Notes: generated by a model from the sequence alone, not told the origin. Counted from the stretch's first letter, positions 28,580 through 43,452 are shown. The stretch is DNA of 64,000 nucleotides from Eledone cirrhosa (GCA_964016885.1 OZ024743.1:57164001-57228000); one strand, 5' to 3'. Program-made: numbers and translations.

Positions 28580-29998
28580 AATATAAATAAAAATAAATAA
28601 ATAAATAAATAAATATATATATATATATATATATATATCCAACAGACCAGTGGAGACGCAGGACATGGCAGCGATAATGAGGGACAGAGACCGCTGGAGA
28701 GAACTCGTCCATGGATCTCGGGAATTTTACCCGCCTTAGATATATATATATATATACACACACACATACGCGGTCTTGAAATTGTGAGTAGAGTCTCTGT
28801 TGAATGGATTTTTTCCCACTCGCCATATTTAGAATGCAATACACTGTTTGTATGCAATACTTACAGAATGCACTCATCTGGCATTTCCGTCTATACCCTT
28901 TGTTGACATACACAATCAGTGCATAATTTCATTTCCCTTTCCTAGAGGACCGTATTTTTTTTTTACAATCCTTCTGACTAAATATGCTTTCCTTATCGAA
29001 ACTCGTCCATTGCTTTCATCATGTTGGCTTTATATAAGATCAACGCCCATTGCAATGTTTAAAACTGTTCTGAAAGACTTGAATAAACAAAGGTTATATA
29101 ACTTCTCTCCTTCGTTTGCTTCTCATGATCTGAACATCCAAAAAGGGAGCATTGGTTTTGAAATTGCGAGGATAGCATCAATTAATTGAATCCCTTTCCC
29201 ACTCGCTAGACTGTATTTGTATGTATACACTTCAGGCAGAGCGATTCTTTCAGACATTTTAGTTTCTACCATTTGCATACACAAACACACGCATACATAT
29301 GCACATACATAGTAAAGAATAGGACATTAATGTAAATGTAAATAAAGGTAAACATTCCAGATGCTCAACATGTAATAACTGTATATATACACACATATAG
29401 ATATAAAAACATATGTATATGTGTATATATATGGTAACTTAAACATAGAAATTCACACATGAAATGATATCCATACTTGCACACATACACACATGCAGAT
29501 CAACACAAATAATTACCTAAATGATAATTTCTAAATTCTAATGAAAGAACCTTGTTTCTGGGATAGAAACTAGCCCTTTCTCTATTTGTCAACCCCCTCC
29601 CCCCAAAAGACAAACAACGTAATTAGACAGCTTGCAACCTAATAACGTCCATCGTCTCCTAAGAAGTAATTAAAATGTTTCGGTTATTGTTATGTATGGA
29701 AGTGTATTTTGGATTTATTTCTGATAGGTGTGAGTATTTTTATCTTTTGTGTGGCATATGTATATGGTAGGTTTCATATTTTTTACAGTACTTGTTCGTT
29801 TCGTAGATAGCGTTAGATTAAAGCCACTTTTTACGCTGATGTTAGGGCGTATATATATATGAATATGCATATATATGTATATATATGCATATATATGTAT
29901 ATATGTATGTATATATATATATATGTATATGTATATATATAGGTATCTGTATGTATATGTATGCATATGTGTATATATATCTGTATGTATATGTATGC

Positions 29999-30059
<61 letters not shown>

Positions 30060-30314
30060 GTGTGTGTGTATGTATCTATCTATTTATCTATCTATCTCTC
30101 TCTATATATATACACATATACATACAATGTGTGTGTAGTGACAAGTGTGTAGAATAGATAAAGGAAAAAGCGAGCTCTATTAAGTAGAGGGCCAAAATAT
30201 ATTATTATAAATAAGATTGTGTCTTGCCTGAAAGGTAAGCACCACTTGCGTATATAACTATAGTAGGCTTTGAAACCTTAGGTAGCAAGCAGCTGTGTTA
30301 AGAAAGTATTTATG

Positions 30315-30375
<61 letters not shown>

Positions 30376-30378
<3 letters not shown>

Positions 30379-30555
30379 AGAAAAACCACAAACCGTCGAT
30401 CTCAATTCTACTTTTGAAATGAAAAATATAAGAACTGTGAAACTGGCAAAGGAAACAGATAAATATTCTTAAAAAGACTAGTTGCATTTTCGATTTCTTA
30501 TACTTTCACTCGTGTAGGACATAACGTTCTTGTTATTAAAAAAACTTCATTTTCA
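30376..30555 (+). mobile_element. Diverged solo Neptune pLTR 3' end in (TA)n
   Basis: Similar to 32690-32870. Confidence 0.75.
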
Positions 30556-30569
30556 TATATATATATATA

Positions 30570-30931
30570 CTAACACACACGTGCGTACCCCCACATATAC
30601 ACATGTACACCTACACACATACACAAAAACCACCTTCAGCCCTCCCCGCTCGGATCCCCGCCTCCCTCTCACTACTCCAACCCCCACCCCCACACCCTTC
30701 CACCACTTGTTTATGTTTATGTTTATTTTAAATTTTATTTGTACCCCTTCCCTTTTCTCTCCCCCCTTTTTTCTAAATGTCTCTCCACCACTCCCCCACA
30801 CACCCTCGAAACTCTTTTCCAACCCACTTTTCTCCTGAAGCAGGGCTTATACCCGAAACGTCGTTCCCCACCCTCACTCCCAACCTTTGTTTGTACTGCC
30901 TCTCAGTTTTTGTTCCCGTTCCAGTTTGTTT

Positions 30932-30935
<4 letters not shown>
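30570..30935 (+). mobile_element. PLE 3' UTR/pLTR with degenerate HHR
   Basis: CTGAAGCAGGG-CTTATA-CCCGAAACGTCGTT near 30835-30866; ends TTTTCAC(TA)n. Confidence 0.65.
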
Positions 30936-31004
<69 letters not shown>

Positions 31005-31527
31005 ATGAAAAAAATGAAATCGAAAATGCAACTGGAGTCTTTTTAAAAAAAATATAATTTTATTTGGTCCCTTTACCCGTTTCGTAGTTCTTCTGCTTTT
31101 CAAAAGTAGAATTGAGATGGAGGGTCTTTGGTTTTTTTCACATCTGGTTGGTCTTTGAATGTTACTTCTGTTTTATATGGAAAAAAGTGGCTCGAAATGT
31201 CAGGTTTATAGAGAAGTAATTTGGTTGGTTGGTGAATAAGTATAATACATTTCGCGCCAGTTCGCCTTACAAAGTTGTTCAAATGAAATAGAAAGGGCTA
31301 AAGTAATAGGCATTGATGAATTACGAAAATAGAAACAAATTCAAGGTACGTCCAATGTTCTATCATATATCTCAACACACAACCCAAGAAATGCGGAAGC
31401 TTACAACACTATTCACAAAAAACATCCCACTATTGAAACAAGACCCAAGAATGAAAAAATGCCAATGAAAAACACAAAATAATCAAAAGCAAAAGACAAC
31501 CGAAATCACTAAAAACATTACTCACCA

Positions 31528-31968
31528 ATGCCAAATTACCTACCACAAACCCACAACCAACTGTCAAAAAATGTGGTCGCTCTAATTATGGAAACCTGCA
31601 CTCGCCTCATTGAAGGCAACACGTATACATTTCAATCAGGACAAAATTTTGCTGTAAAAAATCACTTCACTTGCTCATCAAAAAATCTAATTTATGCCAT
31701 TAAATGTAAAGGATGCAATGAATATTATATAGGACAAACTAAACTCACACTCAGAAACAGAATGACAGTTCATCGCCAACAATTACGAGATCTAACCACG
31801 AGACAGATACCACTAAGTGCACATCTAGACATATGTGCAAGTAATAAGACACCCAAATTCCAAGTCTTCCCATTTTATCTTTGCGCTGACAATACAACAG
31901 AACAAATACGAATAAATAAGGAAAATATGTTTATTCAAAAATATAGACCAGCATTAAATATAGTTTAA
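31528..31968 (+). pseudogene. GIY-YIG endonuclease of the upstream truncated copy
   Basis: NLIYAIKCKGCNEYYIGQT..LRNRMTVH, nearly identical to 35890-36326. Confidence 0.9.
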
Positions 31969-32720
31969 TATACATTATGTCAATACCATAACATGCTAAC
32001 CATCCAAACAGACACATACACACATACATAACAGCTTCTACTTTAGAAAATAAAAACCAGAACTAAATAAACCTTAGCATACATTAATGCACTAACACAT
32101 TAACATGCTAACCACACCCCTCACACACACATACCCCCCCCCAACACAAGCACACAAATAAACATACATATCTCTACTTTCTTTATTTCAATAGAAAGTC
32201 TGAATTCTGACACCCCAGCGCACCAGCCATATTCACTGAACCAGAACAATTCTCCCCATCCTATTTTTCTTGACCATTATCTTTTGTTAGGCACAAAATT
32301 CTCTAAAAGGCTACAAAATAAATTCCCGGGCGCGAAATTTAATGTACTTGTTCATGTGACAGCCATAATTTCATTTATAACCAATCAAATTACATTTATA
32401 AAAAAAGCCTTCGTGAATCACATTTTTTTAAGTAAAAAGAAATTCAAACACAAACTGGCGCGAAAGCTGATGTGCTTATTCACGTGACTGCATCAACCAA
32501 CCAAACTTCACTCATATATGAAAAAACAACCTGAGCCCCCTCTCCTTGTTCGAAGAACTTTGTAACGCGAACTGGCGCGAAATTTATTATACTTATTCCC
32601 CAACCAACCAAATTACTTTTCTAAAAACCTGGCATTTCGAGCCACTCTTTTCCATATAAAACAGAAGTAACATCCAAAGACCAACCAGATGTGAGAAAAA
32701 CCAAAGACCCTCCATCTCAA

Positions 32721-32764
32721 TTCTACTTTTGAAAAGCAGAAGAACTGCGAAACCGGTAAAGGAA
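32721..32764 (+). ncRNA. Variant hammerhead (U3-A8 core) in Neptune pLTR
   Basis: TTGAAAA-gcag-aagaa-ctgc-GAAA-ccgg-TA-aaggaa; palindromic stem III ACCGGT. Confidence 0.7.
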
Positions 32765-32900
32765 CCAAAAAAGACTCCAGTTGCATTTTCGATTTCATCT
32801 TTTTTCCTTATACTTTCACTCGTGTAGGACACCTCGGTTATTTTTCATTTTGTAAAAAAAACTCACTTTCTAATACATACCCACCACACGAAGACCGAAA

Positions 32901-35900
32901 ATGCCACCAAAGTCTCAACAAAACGACAACTCTCTGAACCAGGACATCTTAAATGACCTCAAAGAGATTTCCTCCAACTTTCAATTTTGACCAATAAACT
33001 GGACCAAATACATATCTATAAAAAAGGACCCTATGAAGAAGCAGAAAATACCCAAGAGACGAATATTACTCCAGCATTAACTAAACTAATCGAAACTATT
33101 GAAACAGCAATGTTCCAAAAGCTGGAACAACCATTAGAACCCATTCTACGAGATGTCCACTCAGTGAAAAACACCCTAATCAATATATGTACTTAAAAGC
33201 TCACAGCCCGCAAATTCGCCTTTTGGAATCTCCTAAAAAATAATGACAAGGCAGACATATATGAAAAGTGGCTAAACTCTACCCCAATCATCCTCCCCAA
33301 AACACTCCAAATAAAACCCATCCCGAATGAACCAGAAAACCAACAAAAACTTAGGGAAAAGATGGCGTTAGAAAAGTTTAAAATAGAAATAGAACTGTTG
33401 CGGTTAAGAGCCAACTCCAAGGAAGAAAAATTCAAGTCACTCAACCAACAGATGGAAACAGAAATCTCAAGGCACTCTGAAGGCCTACGCTATGAAAAAT
33501 CCTTAAAACTTTGGAAAGAAAATTGTGATGATGAAGAACTAACATCCCTCCAGCGATGGGAAAAAACGCCACCTGGTTCAACAACTACGAAATGGATTTC
33601 AAAAATGAAAAACATATATGTAACCCATTTTAAAAACAATCTAAAACTCACACACCACACGCACAACAAATAACAAAAAAAGTAACAAAACGTCTAACAT
33701 AGCCCCAGCAAAACTATGACGATAATCCCAGAACCCATAGACAAAACTATAACACTACTAACAAAAACCGAATGTTCCCCAACACAAGACAGGACTCGAT
33801 CCGCTGATCACAACCCACACAAAACCTATTCCAAAACCGTAGACTCCAACCCACACAGAACCTGTTCCAAAATCGTAGATCCCAACCCACACAAAGGAAC
33901 AAAATCTACAACCCGGACCATCAACAAACCGAACCTCAATACGTCCGAAACTTCTATACAAGACCACACAACAACAGGGCAAATTCCATTAGATATAATA
34001 ATACCCCTGAAAAAACAATTCAGAAAAATCATTTTTTAGACCAAAGCTACAGGACCCACGACACTCGGTGACACAAACCGATTTTGAAAAATCCTAAAAT
34101 AATCAACCTTTCAAATACAAACTTCTCAGCCCAACAAATTAAAATTCTCTCCAAACGACTGAAATTCACACCAACACCACAATACTTTAACCCCAATGAG
34201 ATAAATGACGATATCTGAAACTCCTGTAGAAAATTACGTCTCACAGAGGAATTTTTTGACAAGGAGAATAACGAGCAATCAATTGTACGGAATAAAAGCA
34301 GCTACAACCCAACAAAAGGTAGAAACAGAGTTCTGGACACATTTTGTGACCTCATAGCAAGTTTCCCATACCATAAACTACCGCAACCTAAACCCAAACC
34401 CAACACGAGTCGAAGGGAATGAGAGATTAAAACAATACGGACATTATAATTAAGGAAGCGGACAAGGAAAATACTGTGGTCATTATGGATGCTGAACAAT
34501 ATCAAAATTCTATGTTATCTCTCTTACAAAATACTAACTACTATGAAAGAGTAAAAAACTACCAGCAATCAAAAACGATGACCAGATTAAACACATTCAT
34601 TTGTCGATACCAGGAAGACTTAACTAAAAAGGAACGCGATTATTTAACACATTTTGAATACAAAACCAGCGACCTTTACGGACTTCCGAAGATCCACAAG
34701 TGTAAAATAATTATCGATGCCTGTAAACAATCCACCTCAACCTGCGTCAACACACAATACCCCACGGACCTTAAATTAAGACCAATTGTAGCCGGCCCAC
34801 AATGTGAAACACACAGACTAAGCAACTTTATAGACATACTACTAAAACCAATTCTCAAACACATACCAAGACTTGTAAGAGACGATCTGGACCTCTTAAA
34901 CCACCTCCCCAAACATGTCAACAACGACACTATTATTGTGTCTTTCGATGTAGTGAATCTCTACACAACGATCCCACACCAATACGGACTAGAAGAAATA
35001 GGATTCTGGCTAGAGAAATATCCCAATTAGATACCTGACAGAATAGAAAAAAGCTTCATCACCGAGGGATTAAAATTCATTTTACAGAACATCTTTTTAA
35101 GTTTCGATGGCAGTACTTACAAGCAAATATCGGGGACTGCAATGGGTACAAAAGCCGCTCCAACTTATGCCAACTTAGTCATGGCATACTTGGAAGTCCA
35201 GATATATGAACAGTCCAAATCAAAATACGGATTGAACTTCCACAAATATTTATCAGAGAATTGGAAACGCTACTTGGATGATTGTCTCATTCTTTGGTCT
35301 CACACACTCGACCAACTAAATGATTTCAAAAATTTTATTAACGGCATCAATAACCACATACAATTCACAATGGAATACAGCCAAGATCAACTCCCATTTC
35401 TGGAATTTTAATCTTTAAAAAAGACACAAATATTGAAACTGACATACACTACAAACCAACAGATTCCAAACAATACCTGCTATTTATCTCCAACTATCCA
35501 AAGCACACGAAGACGAACATTCCTTTTAACCTAGCAAGAAGAATTTGCACAATTGTCTCCAGCTATGAAACGCCAAAATAAAAGACTTCAAGAATTAAAG
35601 GAAATTATACTCGAAAGACAGTACTCACCATTACTAATAAATAATGGAATAGAAAGGGCTAAAACAATAGGCATCGATGAATTACGAAAACAAAAACAAA
35701 TTCAAGGTACGTCGAATATTCTATCATATATCTCAACACACAACCCAAGAAATGCGGAAGCTTACAACACTATTAACAAGAACATCCCACTATTGAAACA
35801 AAACCCAAGAATGAAAAAAGCCCTTGAAACACATAAAATAATCAAAAGCAAAGGACAACCGAAATCACTAAAACCATTACTCACCAATGCCAAATTACCT

Positions 35901-36326
35901 ACCACAAACCCACAACCAACTGTCAAAAAATGTGGTCGCTCTAATTGTGGAACCTGCACTCACCTCATTGAAGGCAACACGTATACATTTCAATCAGGAC
36001 AAAATTTTGCTGTAAAAAATCACTTCACTTGCTCATCAAAAAATCTAATTTATGCCATTAAATGTAAAGGATGCAATGAATATTATATAGGACAAACTAA
36101 ACTCACACTCAGAAACAGAATGACAGTTCATCGCCAACAATTACGAGATCCAACCACGAGACAGATACCACTAAGTGCACATCTAGACATATGTGCAAGT
36201 AATAAGACACCCAAATTCCAAGTCTTCCCATTTTATCTTTGCGCTGACAATACAACAGAACAAATACGAATAAATAAGGAAAATATGTTTATTCAAAAAT
36301 ATAGACCAGCATTAAATATAGTTTAA
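32901..36326 (+). pseudogene. PLE polyprotein (RT plus C-terminal GIY-YIG), multiple stops and frameshifts
   Basis: LYGLPKIHK, LRPIV, FDVVNLYT, GTAMGT, RYLDD, CGRSNCGTC linker, YIGQT. Confidence 0.93.
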
Positions 36327-37364
36327 TATACATTATGTCAATACCATAACATGCTAACCATCCAAACAGACACATACATACACATAACAGCTTCTACTTT
36401 AGAAAATAAAAATCAGAACTAAATAAACCTTAACATACGTTAATACTCTAACACGCTAACCAGCATGCTAACCACACCCACACGCATAACTCCCTCCCCC
36501 ATTTCTACTAACGGAATCATTTTCCTACACACACACACACACAAAATATATATATTCTCTCCATATTAACATGCTAACCATACTCCACCCTCCCCACACA
36601 CAAGCACACAAATAAACATACATATCTCTACTTTCTTTATTTCAATAGAAAGTCTGAATTCTGACACCCCAGCGCACTAGCCATATTCACTGAACTAGAA
36701 CAATTCTCCCCATCCCATTTTTCTTGACCATTATCTTTTGTTTGGCACAAAATTCTCTAAAAGGCTACAAAATAAATTCCCAAATACGGGTGCGAAATTT
36801 AATGTACTTGTTCACGTGACAGCCATAATTTCATTTATAACCAATCAAATTACATTTATAAAAAAAAGCCTTCGTAAGTCACCTTTTTTTAAGTAAAAAG
36901 AAATTCAAACCCAAACTGGCGCGAAAGCTGATGTGCTTATTCACGTGACTGCATCAACCAACCAAACTTCACTCATATATGAAAAACCAACCTGAGCTCC
37001 CTCCCCCTTTTTTTGAAAAACTTTGTAAAACTTTGAAAAACTTTGAAAAATTTATGCTTATTCACCAACCAACCAAATTACTTCTCTAAAAACCTGGCAT
37101 TTCGAGCCACTTTTTTCCATATAAAACAGAAGTAACATTCAAAGACCAACCAGATGTGAGAAAAACCACAGACCCTCCATCTCAATTCTACTTTTTAAAA
37201 GCAGAAAAACTGCGAAACCGGTAAAGGAACGAAATAAATATATATTTAAAAAAAAAGACTCCAGTTGCATTTTCGATTTCATCTTTTTTCCTTATACTTT
37301 CACTCGTGTAGGACACCTCGGTTATTTTTCATTTTGTAAAAAAACCCTCACTTTCTAATATACA

Positions 37365-37426
<62 letters not shown>

Positions 37427-37498
37427 AAGAGAGATGTAAAATCACGACTGCGGCGCCAAGCACCGTAGTCTCTCTCTCTATCCCCCTCTCTCTCTCTT

Positions 37499-37529
<31 letters not shown>

Positions 37530-37649
37530 CTATATATATATTATATTATATATATATAAATATTTATGTTATATATATATAATATATTTATATTACATAT
37601 AAATATATTATATTATATATATATATAAATATTTATATTATATATATAT

Positions 37650-37795
37650 AGACATAGAGTTACGGCCCTTACCATTCTGAGTTCAAATCCCGCCGAGGTT
37701 AACTTTGCCTTTCATCCTTACAGGGTCGATAAAATGAAGCACCAGTAATGCACTGGGTAATTCCTGGCCTTGTGCCAAAAGTAGAAACAATTATA
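37650..37795 (+). mobile_element. 5'-truncated SINE family A
   Basis: B box, core and tail present. Confidence 0.8.
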
Positions 37796-37802
37796 TTATA
37801 TA

Positions 37803-38382
37803 CTAGCAGTAAAGCCCGGCGTTGCTCGGGGTCGCTCAGTAGCTGTGTTAAAGTTACACTGTTAAGTTTCTTTTTTGGCTTAAAGTCTGTCTGCACGCCT
37901 AACGAAATTTACAGATACATATATTTTAAATAAACTTATATAATTTTTGCTTTTTTTTACGAAATATTTGCTTGTTTTACGTAGTCTTTAAATAGACTTG
38001 TTTTCAAGTAAAAATATTGTTTTAAAAGGTTTTTAAATGGAAATGAAGCAAAACGGAAGCTTAGTGTTCGAACTGATGAATTTTGCAGGTCAAAATTTTG
38101 CTGGCTCGACAACTGTTCGTGTATTGTGTTAATGTCATTTTAAACGCTCAATGTAAACAGAACAAAGGGAAATAACTCGTCACTTACGCTCAAAAATCGA
38201 TACATTAGATTCGATTTCGTCACATAGGGTGGGTCAATTTGAAATATTTTTTTTCCGATGTCTTCGCTTGGGCTCAATGTACAAGTATAGCAATTTAGGT
38301 GCAATTCCGTCAGAGATTCTAAGAGGAGATGTGTGCCAAAAATCGATAGACAGACAGACAACCACAGCTTTATATATATAGA
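37803..38382 (-). mobile_element. Non-autonomous Helitron
   Basis: Minus strand A|TC start, (GTCT)n, subterminal hairpin CCCGAGCAACGCCGGG, CTAG|T end. Confidence 0.85.
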
Positions 38383-39473
38383 TAATGTGTATGTGCGTGC
38401 GCAGATAATGGTGGAGTGGAGTATATGCAGGTAGCTTTACACCAAAATACATCTAATCTTTCATCTTATCATTGCATCTTCCCCTCTGATGTCTGGACCT
38501 CTCTCCAGAGACTGAAATAAGTATAGATGCAAATGTAACTGTTTATTTGTGTGGGGTGTATATGATCTCTTATTTAAACTAATGCGAATATAAGTATAAC
38601 TCAAATACTTCCCTGGCAGAGTTGTTAGAACGGCTGATAGAATGCTTCATGGTATTCGTTCCGGCACTATTGAACTCTAAGTTCAAATCCTACTGCGGTC
38701 AGATTTGCCTTTTTTCCTTTCAAAGTCAATAAATAAAGTACCAGTCATGTACTAGGTCCATTAATCCTCTATATCTCATCTTCATTCTCCCTCTTTTGTC
38801 TCTGTTCACACGCTCACTCTCCTCCAAAAAGAATCAGCTGTGCTCAGATCAGGAGAAGGATGAGTTCTGCCAGTTCAAGTGCCAAAGAGACGCCGTATAT
38901 CATTACGGCGTCCCTACGACTCTATTAGGAAGTAGGGTGCATGGTATGGCATAACGCCCTATGGCTACCTATTTTTCATATGAGACAATTATGTGATGTA
39001 ACTCCCTGCGAGACTTATATGATCCCTTGCATCAATACCAATCCGCCTATATTTAATAAACTTAGGAAAGATAAAAAGAAGACAGCGAATGAAAATAAGA
39101 CAAAGCGAAAAAATACATATATTTGAAGGGGAAATCTCAACATTTTTTTTAGAAAATAAAAATACAAATGAAAGGCACAGAACTACAAGGTCTTCAGCCA
39201 CAGAGATGGACTTCTGGCAGTTTTGACCATTATCGACTGTACTGCTGGTTCACCCAGGGTCATAACGTCTGACACAAGCCAAAGTGGTATTCGTGGAGTA
39301 AAAGACGAGACAAAACAATAACTTATAGCAATTAAGCTATAACATAAACACAGAATATCATGTGACGTCTAGGAGAAGGTATTGTGCATTTATAAAAACG
39401 GTAATCGTGAGACTGAAACAAAGGAAGTAAAGAAAGAAAAACACCCCACCCCACACATATATATATATGTGTG

Positions 39474-39670
39474 TATCCGGGATTCAATCGGGGTAAGCAC
39501 AGCAAGTAAGGTACTCAATACATAGTAGAGTATAAATATTTAATATAAAAATGGCGTCTACATGACTAGAACTGCTTCATTCGAAGGAAATGACCAGGAA
39601 AGCAGGGCTTTCCTGATGATCTCCTTCGAATGAAATAGTTCTAGTCATGTAGAAGCCATTTCTATATTAG
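39474..39670. mobile_element. Palindromic PLE-end insert with degenerate HHR
   Basis: Arms about 39541-39603 and 39607-39669; same family as 54200-54330 and 58598-58750. Confidence 0.75.
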
Positions 39671-39700
39671 ACACACACACATACACACATATATATATAA

Positions 39701-39833
<133 letters not shown>

Positions 39834-39860
39834 TGTATATACATATACATATGCATATAC

Positions 39861-39899
<39 letters not shown>

Positions 39900-39934
39900 C
39901 ATATGCATATACATATACATATATATAAATATGC

Positions 39935-39965
<31 letters not shown>

Positions 39966-40017
39966 TGTATATACATATACATATGCATATACATATACAT
40001 ATAAATATGCATATATA

Positions 40018-40517
40018 TCGTTTCTGAATTTGTTTAGCAAGATTCTTTATCTGAAATCGTGTGTTGAAACCGATATTGTTATACTTTGGGAGGGTCATGT
40101 TGCCAATAAGAAACACATGCACCAGTTGCTTTCACTTCAATTTATTATAATAAATTTATAAATTTAGGAATTTATAAATTTCTGGTTGGTTGGTTGGTTC
40201 CACAACCAGATAGTTGTTTATATATTGTCAAAGTTCTTTCGTCACACATTCTGTGACCTCTTCAGTGACTGGCGTAGGACAGTGCAAAGGAGAGGCACAA
40301 AAATAAAGAAAAGAATCCCCAGTCACTGAAGAGGCCACAGAATGTGTGACGAAAGAACTTTGACAATATATAAACAACTATCTGGTTGTGGAACCAACCA
40401 ACCAACCAGAAATTTATAAATTCCTAAATTTATAAATTTATTATAATAAATTGAAGTGAATGCAACTGGTGCGTGTGTTTCTTATTGGCAACATGACCCT
40501 CCCAAAGTATAACAATA

Positions 40518-40520
<3 letters not shown>
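40018..40520. mobile_element. Head-to-head family B pLTR palindrome with two outward-facing HHRs
   Basis: Arms about 40073-40272 and 40319-40518; HHRs near 40226-40270 (-) and 40322-40364 (+). Confidence 0.88.
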
Positions 40521-40596
<76 letters not shown>

Positions 40597-40984
40597 TATG
40601 GGTGCAGAGCAACTACACACAAATACACTTCAAAGTCCCAACTGCACAGTTTTACCGATTGGTATGCAGCCAAAGTGCAACTACAGTGCACTCAGGCCGT
40701 GAGGTTATCGGTTTGTCGAGAGACTCCCTCAGTGAAGGACACATTTTCCGAACTGACCGCTATCAGTGAAATTTTCGAAAGGGAGAATTATCACATGGTA
40801 TAACGATCACCAGAAGGCTAGTAAAGGGTAGATAGTCGGTGAGTAACAGAATTGCTAGAAGAAGCAGTCTATATATGAGTGTTTAAGTTGTTTGATTAGC
40901 GGAACATTCTGCTCATGAAATTAACGTGTAAGTGGTTGAGTATTCTACAGGCACGTAAGTCATTGTTATTATTCTCAGGGTGAA

Positions 40985-41195
40985 GGGCGGTGGATTGGCA
41001 GTATCAGTAGAAGGTCGGACGCCATACTTTGCAGCATAGAGTTACGGTCCTTTATGATCTGAGGTCAAATCCCGCCGAGGTTAAGTTTGCCTTTCATCCT
41101 TACGGGATCGATAAAATAAAGTACCAGTCTCGCACTGGGGTCGATTTAATCGACTTTCCGCTCCAAAAATTGCTGGCCTATATAAGAAGCCATTA
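40985..41195 (+). mobile_element. SINE A nested in a family C repeat
   Basis: Flanking duplication TCTC(A/T)GGGTGA. Confidence 0.8.
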
Positions 41196-41807
41196 ATCTC
41201 TGGGTGATTCAGCGGGGCATAGTCTGACAAGGCTGATCATTTCAATTACAGGTTGAGTGCATCTGACTGGGACTCAGTTTCAATCAGATAGCATGGGTCA
41301 ACCCAAGTCTATGGTAAATGACACTTGCCTAATATGCCACATTAGTGGGTTCAAGCCTGGGATCTAATGACAGCGAAACGCACAAACTTATCATTCGGCT
41401 CTGTTACACTCATGGATATAATATGACAATGGATGTTGTTATGTTAACAGAAATCATTTACTACGGTTGAGTTATTATTACTTTTGATGTGTCAGTCACT
41501 TAGAACTAATATCGATTACTTTGAAATGTAACTATAAAATGGTGATTTCCTTTTAGCGAAAGTTTATATGGCTTCACACTTCCGTTAGCTGTGACTTTTA
41601 CACATTAAATGAATTATTTAACACCGAACCGAATGCAGTAGCCTTTTCAAGGGGGTGACCTGCTAGAAATATCAATGTATCAGGTAAATCTCCCTTGAAA
41701 CCTTATAAATGAAATGACACATTTGATAATGTAGATGTAGATATACTACGTCAAAAAGGAAGATGTGATAACCACGAGTGGAACTAATTCTATTATATAC
41801 CTACTAA

Positions 41808-42000
41808 AGGTGGTGGATCAGCAGTATCGGTAGAGCATCTGATAAGATGCTTTGTGGCATAGAGTTAGGGCTCTTTACGTTCTGAGTTAAAATTCCACCG
41901 AGGTTAGCTTTGCCTTTCATCCTTACGGGGTCGATAAAATAAAGTACCAGTAATGTACTGGTGTCGATTTAATTGACTTCCCCCTCCCTCAAATTGTTCT
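41808..42000 (+). mobile_element. SINE family A
   Basis: Head and core present. Confidence 0.8.
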
Positions 42001-42464
42001 ACCTACTAAATCAAGGCGGCTAATCGGCAGAGTCATTAAAGCGTCGTATTAAAAATGCTTCGGCATCTGCTCCGCCTCACTGCACTCTCAGTATAAATCC
42101 CTCTAAGGCCAACTGTACCTTTCACCCTTTCGAGGTCGATAAAAAATAAGTCCCAGCGAGGTCGATTCTTTCCTTATTTCTCTTTATCGTTTCCTCTCAT
42201 TTTCTCCTCTATAAAAAAAAAAAAAAATCGGCTGTGTTCAGACTTCGATATTGATGAGCTCCGCCAGGATTAAAATACCCAAGATACATCGTGTGTCAAT
42301 TTGATGCCCCTACAACTTCATCAGAAGTAAAAACCCTTTCTTTTTTCCTTTTCTATATTAGGTTTATAGAGGCTTATAAATGATAAAAACCGCTTAAAAA
42401 TTATTTGTATTTATATCAAACTATTGATGGCCGGCTTTTGTTTAATTAAAAGTCTATCTTAAGC

Positions 42465-42716
42465 AAGAAGGCTCGTTAGGTCAGTGTTTAACCTGGTTTC
42501 GTGGCGTGAAGCGACTGTCCCTCACCCCTGGACAGGACACCAGCCTATCGCAGGGTTAAACACCCAGCTATTGCTGGCACTCATTTTCAGCTGAGTATAC
42601 TGAAGCAACGTGAAGTGAAGTGTTTTGCTTATCAACGCAACACGCAACCCAGTCCAGGAATCGAACCCGCTACATTATGATAGTAAGTCCAACAGCATTA
42701 CCACTAGGCCACGCGT
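42465..42716 (-). mobile_element. SINE family B
   Basis: Reverse complement of the 3047-3328 type. Confidence 0.8.
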
Positions 42717-43309
42717 GATTCAAATATAGATGTATTTCAATATGTTGAGTATAAGTATACAACTTGTCTCACTGCAAACATGTCTAGCTACTTCAGCAAC
42801 CAGGGTAAGAGCAGCAGATGCATTTCACTATTTTTACGTGTCATCAGCTTGATGGGCTCGTTTTAATCAGAGAATATTTTTTATAAAGCCCGAATGTAAT
42901 TTAACTTTCGGCATTAGAAAAATAACATTAATCATCAAATGAAGCTTTTTGTCTTTCCATCGGAGAAATTTATCAAGTTTCTTTCCCATTGACGTAGGTT
43001 CGAGTTCAATCCCACTGGGTTTGACCAATGCTTTGTTAGTAAAATTTATATGATGGAAATTGTAGAAGATGGCCATGTTTTAGATACAGTATTGTATAAT
43101 ATACAGATATAACATAGTATGTAGATGAATCTACCGAAAGTTTACGGTAGTGTCCAATCCGTATGAAGAACTCAATGTAATCCGGATATCATGAAAAGAG
43201 AAGATACATTCAAAAACTACTTTCGGTGAAAAATAAACGGAAAACAGAGTCAAGATAAATTAATAAAATAATGAATAAACAAAGAAACAGTTCCTTATAT
43301 TAAAAAAAT

Positions 43310-43452
43310 TCATCATTTTACGATCGTTTCTAGGATATATATGTGTTAGAGTTGGTATGCATATTCTATAGATCTATGTACACTATTTATACAAACTATC
43401 AGAGGGAATATACATACCTACACATATATATGCTGTCTTCAGAAATAATGAT
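43310..43452 (-). ncRNA. Hammerhead with very long stem II (left arm)
   Basis: Mirror of 50630-50771. Confidence 0.75.

Larger units (their letters stand above)
31005..37360 (+). mobile_element. Neptune-type PLE: inverted pLTR (31005-31282), 5'-truncated copy (31284-32875), full-length copy (32876-37360)
   Basis: Duplicated endonuclease and 3' UTR; flanked by (TA)n on both sides. Confidence 0.92.

Noticed and set aside
28780-29270. Coding-like unique sequence
   Set aside because: The frames I checked are interrupted or unrecognisable, with no motif.
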